Below, in pieces: positions 13,032-24,603 of a stretch of DNA of 64,000 bases. The stretch's first letter is position 1. Each line of letters begins with the position of its first letter. Under the pieces are notes generated by a model. It did no database searches. It saw nothing but the letters and a program-made list of their open reading frames with translations, and was not told the origin of the DNA. Location of the stretch: assembly GCA_011109175.1 (NCBI GenBank), contig RDEW01000003.1:1556774-1620773 (forward strand). The letters are read 5' to 3'. Position numbers and translations under genes: made by a program. This stretch comes from Dicyema japonicum. Its lineage: Eukaryota > Animalia > Dicyemida.

Positions 13032-13146
13032 ATAATGGACTTTTGTAAACTTTCTTATTTTGGCTTTCATTCTTGTAATTTATTGTTAATTAAATTAATA
13101 TTTATTGAATCAGAAAAAAACACCGTCATAGCAAGAAAGAAAAAAT

Positions 13147-14340
13147 TCAGGTGATCCAGGCATCCCTCAGCAGTTTTTTCGTGCTCGGATTTGAAGGAAG
13201 TGTTATTGTAATTATTGTTATCGAATTTGCTCTAAAGTAACTTTATATTTAGGTTTTTTATCTTGGGGATTTAACATCTCTACTTTACTCCGGGATTTTA
13301 CTACTCTATTTTCCTTGGGAATTTAACTTATCTATTTTGTTTCTCTTGAAGCATAACTTAGTTGTTGTTAATGTTTTCAAGAGATAAATTTGTCTTATCA
13401 ACCCTGACAGTATCAACGACCCGGGTTCTTATGACATGCGACAATTACTGTGTGCTAAATTTTTATGTTTAAAAAAATTACTGTGAATATAAACGACCAT
13501 CAACAAGTAGGACTTTCTATTTAGAATTGTGGAAAGGGGATAGATTTGATATAAGGTAATCTCTAAAAGACGTCTTCGATTAAAGATTACCCAACCGGAT
13601 AATGTTTTTCGTAGCAGTAAATGTTGTGGTTGGAATATTTGAGATTTCTGAGAGTAGTCTGTAAGTTGATATTTTAATATTTTTAGGCGTTCTTCTTGAT
13701 GATATCTTTGACTTCTTTCAGATTCCTCAATTCCACCAGAAAAGTCGGATCCAGGAATTTCGAGTTTCGACCTCGATCCTTTCTGGTGATCAATTTTAAA
13801 GCGTCAAGACGATCTTGGAATCCCAAGTGGGATAACCCTCTCGGATACGAGCTTGACCAAGACGAACCAAGAAAGTTTTGAAATTATAAATTAATCTCCA
13901 GAAGAAAAAATGGTTTCTCCTTAAATTTTGTGCAGGATTCCAGATGTGATCTGACTTCCATTAGAGAATGTTTTGGAAAATTTGAGGTCTTGAAGATATC
14001 CCTAGGATTTCTGGATGCATTGGTCTTTAGATGGAATGGTTATATTATCTGCGTATATCGAATCATGGTGTTTCCGCAGAATTTTGTTACGGACTTAGTA
14101 GTCTGTAATATGACTTCCTCTGCGTCCACTGAGGAAGTTCGCAATCTATTTCTTGATTTTAATTGTATATTTGAGTCAAAGATCTTCTTCGTAAGTATCT
14201 TCCATATTTGCACACCTCATGTAAACGAACATGCTAAGGAATCTGTGCCCCTGTTTAAATTGTAGGCCTCATTAATGGATTTTGCTATCGGACGATTTTT
14301 TATTTGCTTACAAGTTGCAGATGGTTAGATAAACTCGGAT
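13147..14340 (-). mobile_element. Decayed 'GIT-stop' LINE (RT remnant plus 3' end)
   Basis: ANFLSGRRG and YAD-like remnants; terminal LLRDAWIT* and 3'UTR gacggtgttt shared with the copy at 31406. Confidence 0.6.
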
Positions 14341-14549
14341 AAAGAAAATTGTTTTATTTTTAACTACACAAAATTTTAACAACTAGAAGTTCCTTACAGC
14401 CAAGGCTGGACTCTCGGAATTGAAAACCTAATTCCCATGACCAGGGCTTAGCCATTCGCTTAGCCATTTACTTTCTCTAATATGTTTCCATAATTTAACT
14501 CAAATTTATTTTTATACAATTTAACTAATTAATTAATAACGACTCATGA

Positions 14550-15215
14550 AAAATGGCATTTTATGGCAAAACATTTTATGACTCATATCTGACTTGATAA
14601 GAGAAAGAGTAAATGAAGAATGCGATATTTTCTGTTCGAGACTCTCTAATGAAATATTTCAAAAACGAATATAAAAACATCGTGTACGGCTATTTATTAC
14701 CACCTGAAGGAATTCAACCAAACTTTAAGTAAATTAAAATATTACATGAACAAAAAATATCCGTAGATGTTGAAAATCAAGAGTTTGATGCTACACCTGA
14801 ATCGTCTACACCTAAACCAAGGTATTTTTTGTCGACGAGGTTAAATTTAATAAGTTCATAGCTGGATTTAACGTTTCAATGAGAAAAAACTATGAACGAG
14901 CTTTAAAGGAAAAAATAATACTTTAGTTTCTAAATCTCTATTTAAAAGTTAAAAACATCAGTATTTGCTGGGCAGTGAATAAAATAGGAATAACTGTATA
15001 AAATTTTATAATTCTGAGCTTTTATGGGATAAGTGACGCTATTGATTATTTCAATTAGTCTGAGTCATAATTTAGTCATGTGACAACGCAGCAATTCACA
15101 AAACAAATAAAATTGCTGAAAGATTCTCATTTAATGGAAATCAACTGAAATTCCTCCCGCCATATTCGCCCATGCTGAACCCGATAGAAAACATATTTTC
15201 AAAATGGAAAAAAGT
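14550..15215 (+). pseudogene. IS630/Tc1-type DDE transposase remnant
   Basis: IYYHLKEFN, VFFVDE, GFNVSMRK, NISICWAVNKIG, DNAAIHK, LKFLPPYSPMLNPIENIFSKWK in order across broken frames. Confidence 0.8.
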
Positions 15216-15488
15216 AAAAAATCTAAGAATATCCCATGGGGAAGAAATTGTGAATCTTTTGGTCATGGTGTACAACATCTCGCCTCGGGGAGATGATTCA
15301 AATGTGGGAGATGGCATTACTTTAGTTTTTTTTGTTGGACATGGTTTTTCGTGATCATGGCATAGCGAAAGAGCGTTTAATAAGACCATAAAGAACAAGG
15401 ATGTTAGAACTAATTGTGTCTCTTTTAGTTTGCAGTTTCTATCGCTGATCTGTTATTATTATAACCCCAGAGACACAAGACCTTCTAA

Positions 15489-15950
15489 TTAAGTGATCCC
15501 TGCCTCTCCTCATATTATGTTCGTTAGAGTCTTTCATAAGCCTACAGAAATGGGAAGGTTTCTTTTTCAATTCCATACAAGCAAGAATATCTTCTTTGAG
15601 TAGGCTGACCTTGCATTTTCCAATGAAACTAATCATGAGACAACTTAATAATTAGTTTCTTCGCATTGGCTAACAGCTGAGGAAAATGTCTAGAAAGCAT
15701 GAGATCCAAGAAGATGCAGACAACTGTGTCCTTTCCTGCACATGGGGGCTATAAGTATTATGTATCTCGTAAAGTTGTCCTTTGAAGGTTGAACTGATAA
15801 AGCAGCTCTGATTTACTGTGGTATAGCTTGATACTACTGCACTATGACATGACTGGTATCTAGGACCTCTGCTATTGGTTGTTTCTTTTCTGTTAACCAC
15901 CGATTTCCTTTGATTGAAGGGACGGGGGTTAAATAAATACCTTCAATACA
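15489..15950 (-). mobile_element. Decayed LINE remnant with GIT-stop end
   Basis: VVCIFLDL (RT) and terminal GCA GGG ATC ACT TAA at 15489-15503. Confidence 0.5.
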
Positions 15951-16089
15951 CTTAATGTCTTCCATCCTAATGGTTGATATAATCTTTTGCCTCATCTTAG
16001 TAGACTTGGGGGGTGTATTCTGGGTTATTAAAATAAAGAATTAAATAAAGCTTATTATAATATCACACAACAAACTTTATTTGACTTTC

Positions 16090-16380
16090 TTGGCTGAACG
16101 TCTAGTGACATTGGATCTCACTGTCGTGGGTTCGAATCCGATAGATAAACCTTTCAGCGAAGGTAAATTATTGTAAACCAGATCCCACACATGAGGTGAT
16201 GAGTCCTTCTGACACGACAAGGTTGCTCAAAGAGATTTTCCTAGCTTCTCATTGACCAATTCCACTGTAAAGATTATCATTATGAAAGCTCAGAGTGCGT
16301 CGTTAGGACGTGTGATGAAAAGAAAAGAAGGTGGACCTACTTCTCCATCTCTTCAGAAGCAGAAGCCTTTAATGAACTAT
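16090..16380 (+). mobile_element. tRNA-headed SINE family A with hammerhead-like core
   Basis: A-box-like TGGCTGAACG, B box GGTTCGAATCC, then GTGATGAGTCC..GAC; body shared with 4990-5240 and 62870-63130. Confidence 0.65.
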
Positions 16381-17183
16381 TAGAGGATGGATTTGGTTGA
16401 GAAAATTTAGTTTAATCACATTTAAAGCTTCTGTTGATTTCAGAGGCTGCTAAATATATGGAACGAGTCGAGAAACATTTTTACACGTGGACTACAGATT
16501 AAACTTTAATTACCTTCGACCGAAATGGACAGCTACGAGATTCTAATCCGGAACCATCTGGATTTGGTTTGGCACATTTTTGATATGTGATTTTATAAAA
16601 TAAAATTTCTGGTGCAAGGCCGATATGGTCGGTTATTGTTAACAACATACGTGGATTTTCTGATAAATGATCTTTCAGTTCTTTCAATTTTGCGATGAAA
16701 CCAGGATCTTGCGATGGAGCCACTTTTTTTGTTCAGAATTTCGAGTTGCCGAAGTTTCACGAGCCCCTTACCAAGTCTATGTTTACAGGAAGAAGACATG
16801 GACTTTCATCCACCATGAGGGTAAGTAGACAATCTGTGTAATAGATGTACTTAACAATCTGACTCATTAACCACGTGGCTAGCTGATTGGCCATTATAAT
16901 TATAGAAATTGAAAGAATGTTGTTGTAAGGGATATTAACCTTGAGTTAGCATGTGATTAAAGTCATGAGAGGTAATCAACCATGAATTAGAATAGCTCAA
17001 CAGTACTTTAGCATAATTTCTAGAATCTAACAAATTATTCTTTCTCACTATTTTCTCAGAGATGTGTCCAGATTGGAATTAAACTCAAAATCTTGTATGT
17101 TGGTTTTTAATTAGTTCAGACGTGCTAGAATGACAAGTTATCTTTAACAAGGCAATACTCGTAAATCATAATTAACCACAATT

Positions 17184-17655
17184 GACTAATAACTACAGCA
17201 AATGTATGTGGATAATATTTGCCAAATTAACTAAAATTGGAACAAATGGCATCAAATATGTGCATCAAATATGCATATTGACCTATTAACTAAGCCCAAT
17301 GAGGGTAACACAATATCCAATACTCTATTCCTTTTTTAACATAATCACTAATTTATATAACCATGGTGGTATTTTATGTGAAAATAACCAGTACTTTTCG
17401 CGAGAGCCATAATACATAGGTATTATGGACTAATAACTACAGCAAATGTATGTGGATAATATTTGCCAAATTAACTAAAATTGGAACAAATGGTATCAAA
17501 TATGTGCATCAAATATGCACATTGACCTATTAACTAAGCCCAATGAAGGTAACCAATATCCAATACTCTATTACTTTTTTTAACATAATCACTGATTTGT
17601 ATAACCATGGTGGTATTTTATGTGAAAAAACCAGCACTTTTCGCGATAACCATAA
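17184..17655. repeat. Direct tandem duplication, ~244-bp unit x ~2
   Basis: gactaataactacagcaaatgtatgtgg... starts at 17184 and again at 17428; near-identical copies. Confidence 0.95.
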
Positions 17656-17825
17656 TGGCTATAGCTCACAGACAGGTTTATGACGGGGTCACTCGTTAAT
17701 CCAGAAGCATCGTGATTTGACAAGTTTACTTAAAAATTACCAAATTTTAAAAAGAAAACCACAAAAATTACATTTCGTGGGCAATGTCATTTAAAACAAA
17801 AAATTGTCATTAATTTAATAAATTT

Positions 17826-18803
17826 ATGGACGTAAAGAAAGATTTAGTCTGTTATGATTTGAGCTAATGCATAGATAACATTGAAAATAACCACGACGGA
17901 GCAAATTTGTGCGAAAGCATCCTGAAGTTCGCCTCTATTTTATTGATGATTTTAACATTCCCATTTTCTCTCATTTTTGCAATAAAGGTAATAATTTAGA
18001 CCTACTCAGGTCGTTATGGAATATGAACGGGTTATCATATTTAGACTTGGAAGAGTTCTCAACCAAAGACCAAGTGGACCAGGTTTGTCTTTATTGGGAG
18101 TGTCTTAGGACTGTTCTTTATAATCCCTTGCATTGACAATGTTAATGTCGTCGATACGAGGACGCAATCCTTTGATATTCCCCCACAAGAAGTAAATTTG
18201 TGATTCATTAGAGGTTTTAACAAAAGATTCCGTGACAGCGAATATCGATGCTGTTGTCTTCTTTCATATTAGTGATCCTCAACTTTCTGTTTTAAAGGTG
18301 GCGGACGCTCTAAAATCGACTAAACTTTTGGCAAGTTCAATTCTGAGAAATGTCTCGGAATGTACAGTTTAACAGAAATACTCCGTGATAAAGAATCCAT
18401 AAGCCGGGAAATTTCGGTAATGTGCATTCAATAACATTAAGAATCAACTTGACGAAATCACAGATCGGTGGGGGGTAAAACTGGAGAACTTGGAAATGTG
18501 ATGATATTTTTATTTTGTAGGAAAGATATACTAATTCCAAATGATATGAGGAGATCTATGGCGGCAGAGGCAGAAGCTATTAGAAATGCTAATGCAAAGG
18601 TCATTCTCTTATTAATATAGATAATTGCTGCTAAGGGAGAAAAGGATGCTTCGGCCTCATTGCGAGATGCCTCTGAAATTATATCAGAGTCTCCTTTGGC
18701 AATACAACTTCGATATTTACAATCATTGACTACAGTTGCTGCTGAAAATAATTCGACTATAATCTTCCCAATTCCATTAGAATTTTCAAAAATATTTAAG
18801 TAG
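17826..18803 (+). CDS. STOM: Stomatin / band-7 (SPFH) protein, tiny introns, homopolymer frameshift(s)
   Basis: ILLMILTFPFSL hairpin, EYERVIIFRLGR, GPGLFFIIPCID, PPQEVLTKDSVT, RSMAAEAEA, AIQLRYLQSL, NNSTIIFPIP; 5' exon join less certain. Confidence 0.9.
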
Positions 18804-19569
18804 AAATAATTATTTTATTCACTAATTTATTTAAAAATAGACATTTTATTAACAGACAAATATGGGGGTTATATAGACTGCCGGTTATTTCCTCTAAGGC
18901 TGCATAATAAAATATGATTTTGGCCACGTGGCGCCATGTGGTGCTTCGTGGCTAATTGGTTGAAGTTTCTGTTCCTCCTCTCTCTTCCTCTGCGTGCACA
19001 ATGCCTGCAGGCCATAATGAAAACTTGTCATAGCAACTTTACTTTATTTAACAATATTTAATATTTAAATTAAAATTAATATTTATTAAGTTATAATTCT
19101 TTATCTCAAACCCATTTCATTAATAATGTATCGGGATCACGTGATAATTAGTTTGGTTCTACCGTGTTCATAGGTCGTTAAATAAAATAAATTGACATAG
19201 CAATTGAGATCAAATGGAGGAACCACTATGTTTCGTGAAATCATGGTTTCTAAGTGTGGCCAGAGGTCCCAGGTTCCTGAGATAAGACTTGCTACTTATC
19301 ATCCCAATTGCTTGACAGCAATCGTGCGGATTTAAAATTATTCTACCATATCTAGGCTGTTTTATCGACCTCCATGAATGATCTCTAAAAAAGTCTTAAC
19401 AAAAAAGCATGTTTTGTATAATATTTGTTTTTTTACATGATTGATTTTTAGAGATTTTAGTATAAAAATTGAGGCAGCGCATAGTTGCAAGTAGCGCCGC
19501 AACATAATATCCCCCAGCCTTCAAACATTTTTGTCTCGTGAATTAATTTTAAATATTTCTGTATGACAC

Positions 19570-20940
19570 CTTAATGTTAGGGTACCTCATCTTGAATACA
19601 AGGACAATCTATGAATTGTGATACCAGGGAACGGACATACTTTCTTGGGACTTTCTTGGGTGCCCACTGACGAAAAGGAACTGCGGAGCCATCTACAAAC
19701 AAAAGAGGATGAACTCTCCAGAGTCACGGAGAAACTCTCCTTACTCGATGGTCATACAGCGTTCTTCCTTTTGAAGAATAGCATCGGCTTGCCCAAACTC
19801 CTATATGCTCTCCTATGTTCTCCCTGCTTCAAACATCGTGACATCTTCCTGTCACTGGATAGGACATTGAGAAAATCAGCTGAATTGCTTCTAAACATCC
19901 ACTTTGATGTGCCGAGTTGGAACCAATGCAAGCTTCTTACACGCCTCGGAGGAACGGGTCTCAGGTCGGCGCTGGAATTCGCCTATCCAGCATATGTGTC
20001 ATCGCTCTCAAGTGGAAGCCTTTTGGTCCAAGAAATCCTACGTATTACAACCGGACTTTCATGGAAAGAGTCTTCGATGAAGCTCGTCGCGAATAGTGTG
20101 AAACTGGTTTGGATATGCCGAACGATCCTTCGAGGCAACGTGACTGGGATGATATCTACTCCAAGAATATCTTCGAAGTGCTAAAGTCTGAGGCCAACCA
20201 GCATCGTCTTGCATGCCTCGTGTCAGCCGCCAACCATGGGAGCGGAGCGTGGCTTGATGCACTCCCGTCTTCCTCCCTGGGGACCCTATTGGACGATGAC
20301 TGTATTCGGATTGGAATCGCACAACGCCTGGGAGCTGATGTTTGCGTCGAACACCAATGTCGCTGTGGAGGGATCGTCGATGCCAAAGGGCTGCACCCGC
20401 TCTCGTGCAAAAGGAGTGCGGGCAGAGCACCCCGCCATGCTGCTATGAACAACATTGTCTTGCGAGCTCTTGAAGCGGCAGGCTTCCCGGCAGTACTGGA
20501 GCCTGTGGGATTGGACCGCGGAGATGGGAAAAGACCGGATGGGTTAACTATCTTTCCGTTCACTGAGGGAAAATCGCTCGTATGGGACTGCACTGTTGTG
20601 GATTCTTTCTCGAACTCGATGATACTCAGCTCGGCGCAGTCTGCTGGATCGGCAGCCGATCTGGCCGAGAAAATCAAGATTAAAAAATATGGCGAAATTG
20701 GAGACCGCTACCGTTTTGTACCGGTAGCAATCGAGACGTCTGGTGCGGCCGGAAGTATTACAGCCTCTTTCCTAAAGGAAATCGGGGGGAAATTGGCCCA
20801 CCGCAAGAAAGACGTGCGGGAAGCGGTCTGGCTGAGGCAAAGAATTGGTATCGCAGTTGTCCGCGGAAACGCTTACTCCGTGATGTCAGCAGCCGCTCTC
20901 CTCTCTATAGTTAATAAATAATTTTTTATTGTTAATAAAT
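19570..20940 (+). mobile_element. CRE-like REL non-LTR retrotransposon, 5'-truncated (RT C-term, CCHC finger, PD-(D/E)xK endonuclease)
   Basis: HQCRCGG..GLHPLSCKRSAGRAPRHAAMN, RPDGLTIFPF, LVWDCTVVD, FVPVAIETSG; 270-aa open frame, then A/T tail. Confidence 0.9.
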
Positions 20941-21145
20941 TTTTATTTACCAAAAAAAATCTATGAATTTGTCCAAAAGAAGATACTTTGACAATACAAT
21001 CTTAAGTTTTTGAATTCTTCATAACTTTGTTAAAATAATTATTTTATGATTAAAAAATTAATTTTATTTATTATTTTTTTAAATTTTTCAAACAATTGAA
21101 TATCTCTATTGGAGTATAGCCATGATCTAGAAGAAACATTTTTCT

Positions 21146-22769
21146 CTAAAAATAACGATAAAAATTCGATACTCTGTCGAAATCAATTAATTTAATATAA
21201 ACAGATTCTCCAAAAGAATTGAAATGGACAATTACTCTATTTTCCATTATATGAACAGCCAAACAGGGATTTAGATGACGAAAAAATTGTTTGGAAAATT
21301 TATCACTATTCGACTGAGGGAAACCTTGTAATATGAGTTTGTATGGTTTTATTATATTCAATAACCCCCATTTCATCAATATAAAGACTTTAGTGAGACA
21401 AAAATACACCTTATTTTATTTATGTTTGATTCTTTTTTTGTGGAATATATTGTGATCCCCGAAGAATCTGTATAAGATCCTAAAAGCGCATTGGGGCTGT
21501 CAAAGTCGTCATAAAACAAAACTAAATGATTCATTTCATTTATTTTAGAATTAATTACAGCAACATTGCCTGATTCGTAACTGTAAATATTATAAATGTC
21601 ATACAATACTGAATAATCTGATTTATTAAAACCCTCAATAAATTTAGCTCCATTCGAATAAAATTTAACAAAATAAGAAAGAAAATCGTTTTCAACATCT
21701 TTTGACTGTTTCCTCTTATTATTTTCTAAGTGAAAGAGTAATATACTTTCAATATTTGTTGTGCATTCAAGATTTGATTCCTCCAATAAACTCAATTCAA
21801 TGTCCTCTAGTGTCCAACCGTCCTTAATAAATCGCCTCGCTGATAATTTATAGGAAATTATGTTTGAATCGACACTGAAACCTAAATTATAAATTATTAT
21901 ACTTTGTTCTTTAATTTTTCGAATATTTATATTACTTACGATCCGTCTTTTTATTGTTCTTAAAATAAAAATAACATAAAACTCATTTTTTTGAATTTTA
22001 TATTTATATTTTCCAACAGCTAAAGCGGGCTTGGGACGACTTATTTTGGTGTCAAACTTGGTTTTTAAGTTAAATTTCAAAAGTTGATTTAATATATCCG
22101 AATCGTTGTTGTCTTCTTTTTTAAAATTAAATTTAGGACAAAAAGAACTTTTCTCTCTAAAATATTTTCCAGGAATCTATAATATTTAATATGCAAACAG
22201 AAAAATTATGAGATTGGTCGTCGTCTGAATCATCAATATTTAGTGGTGGTTTTGATTCCCATTTAGTTCGTGTGTTTTCTAGGACAATTTCATTCGCGGA
22301 ATTGTTAATTTCCCCGTGATATCTCAACAATTCGGGCAAATGAATTTTTTCAAGACGCAGTTGATTGACAGTTCCATTTTTATCCCAATCATATAAAAAG
22401 TACTACTTGATTACCTGATATTGAACTAATTACACTGGACACGTCATGTTCATTTTCTTCCGTATTTTCTGGTGATTGTGAAGAAACTGAGGATGATTGT
22501 TGCCCGTTTATATAACTAACATCCTCGCAACTCGAAAATGAACTTTCTTTAATTTCTTGCTTATCGAATTCTGATAGTATAATAGAATTTGCATCTATTA
22601 AGTCTGGTTCGAGTTCTGTTGGCATTTCAACGTCAACACTATTCTGATCTAATGCTGTTTGAGTACCAAATGAAATAATCGTTTGATCGGGGACCCATTT
22701 TCCATCAATCTCATTAACTATGTTGCTTGTTATATCTGATGATTCTTCCATTATTAATATAAATGTCAT
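21146..22769 (-). CDS. FAM194/ERICH6-like protein with acidic low-complexity N-terminus, tiny introns
   Basis: FYSNGAKFIEGF, spliced YSVFYESGNVAV, LLGSYTDSSG, LNPCLAVHIMENRVIVHFNSFGESV resemble the FAM194 domain; exon structure partly uncertain. Confidence 0.55.
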
Positions 22770-22969
22770 AGAAACATCATAAAATTTATAAAAGTTAAAT
22801 AAATATTTTATAATTATTTTGGTTTTTTCAAAAATTTATTTCTTTGCCATGTGTTCCAGTTTTTGATGGTGCACAATACTAATTTGGAGAACTGGAAAAT
22901 AACAACAACAAAATTTGATAGCATAATAGCATTTTTTCTTTTTACATCAAAAACTAAAAAATAGTTAAA

Positions 22970-23285
22970 AATTGGCGCAGTGTAAAGAGTGCCTGCAAAA
23001 AGGCCCCTAGCTAGAATTCGGCTTCAGTACACTCCGGTTGAAGGTTCCACGTATCTACGATGCTTTGGCTTGAGGACTGACGCTGTCATAGTAAACATCT
23101 CACTGCGAATCTCCATAAAAAACATACACGCAACAAAAAATAAGTAAAGCATTTTTTGATTCCCTCTACGATTAGTTATAATGACTGTTCTTTACTTAAA
23201 CAAAGTGTGTACCCTACCACACTTTAAGCTAACATGGCTCTGCGTAAAAGTGCAGTTTTTATATATAAAATTAACTTATAAAACT
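22970..23285 (+). mobile_element. tRNA-derived SINE family B
   Basis: TGGCGCAGTG A box; core gaaggttccacgtatctacgatgctttgg..tgacgctgtcat shared with 26364, 48875 and 49560. Confidence 0.8.
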
Positions 23286-24603
23286 ATTTACTATATTATG
23301 AAATCAAATAGTCATTAATACTTTGTTTTTTAAATTATGATCTTTAGTGAAAATTTTGGATATTCGTGAAATAGCTACTTATTCAACCGAGGCAGAATTT
23401 GCAGTAAACTTCGAAGATTTCCACATACAGGAGAATTTTTAATATTGGAATTAAATTTTGAAACAATCAGACCTAGTTTAGGAAGATTCAGAAAGAAATA
23501 TTTTGTTGCGGTTAACCAACTACCTCATCCTGCGACAACAACGTAAAATGGTTTTATAATTTTAGATAAAATCTTTTCTTTCCAAACGGACTTGTTTGTT
23601 GTGATTAAGGATGAAGGCAAGCTATCGTTTCCGAATTTCTTTGATCAGATGTGACGTTGATCCGTAACCAAAAGCAATCAAACTACCCCGATAACCTGCA
23701 AAACCGCGTATTCAAAAAGACTGTACTCTAAAGACATTCCCCAGCTGCCTTCCAAATTTTTGATGCTGCTGTACTGTTTTTTACCGATTTCCTTATCGTC
23801 ACAGAAAATAGTACATCCCCCCATGGATTCATCGCATCATGGTCTTATTTCCCTCCTGAGATCAACTTCACACACAAACACAAGACTAAAAAAAACTTTG
23901 TTGCCACACTCAAAAACCCCAGATTTTTTGGAAAACTCTTAAAATGATTTATTCGTGACAAGCTTACTCTCATGTTTCCCGTAACACTGGAATATCTATA
24001 AAATTGTGAAATCTATCCTCGGTCATGCTAACTCACTCATAGGCTATAAGACCAGAATCAGTCATCATCATACTACAATGAGTTTCCGTTGTTGAGGACC
24101 TCGTCCTCAGAAATTGCAGAACTAATCAGTGTTTTTTGCCCACGTGTCAAAATTTATCACATAATTTCAGAATTCAAGTGCAAGAGAACCGAATAGTCTA
24201 GTCATTCACTGTATATAATCTGGGTCCGAATGGCATTCTCACATTAACAAATCTCATCGAACGATCTATTTACCATCTTATTTGAACCCCAACCGCGATC
24301 TTTCCGTTCTGATTTCCTCGTGTCAGTTGTTTCATGAAACAGGATATATATGGACTCATGAATGAACTCTTTAGATACGAAATTTATAAACTTTTAGAAA
24401 ATATCGCTCGGGTTATGAGTGATGGCGTCAAGAGAACTGTCCCAATAAAACTGGGTATTCTAATTCCTATACAAAAGTCCCACAAGCCAAATAAAAAAAA
24501 TTAAGACCAATTTGATAACTAACGAACAGAGGATAAATTGATATAAAATTTATATTTAAATATTAAAAATTATTTAAAATAATTAGATATTATTTTAAAC
24601 TAC

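Noticed and set aside
17200-17560. YLIPFVPILVNLANII on minus as a cationic amino-acid transporter exon
   Set aside because: Too short, surrounded by stops, and no other SLC7 motifs could be linked.
20156-20677. Long ORFs on the strand opposite real frames (also 10157-10480, 11723-12079, 34092-34430, 57320-57649, 61459-61716)
   Set aside because: Shadow frames of GC-richer MCM2 or retrotransposon coding sequence; no independent motifs.
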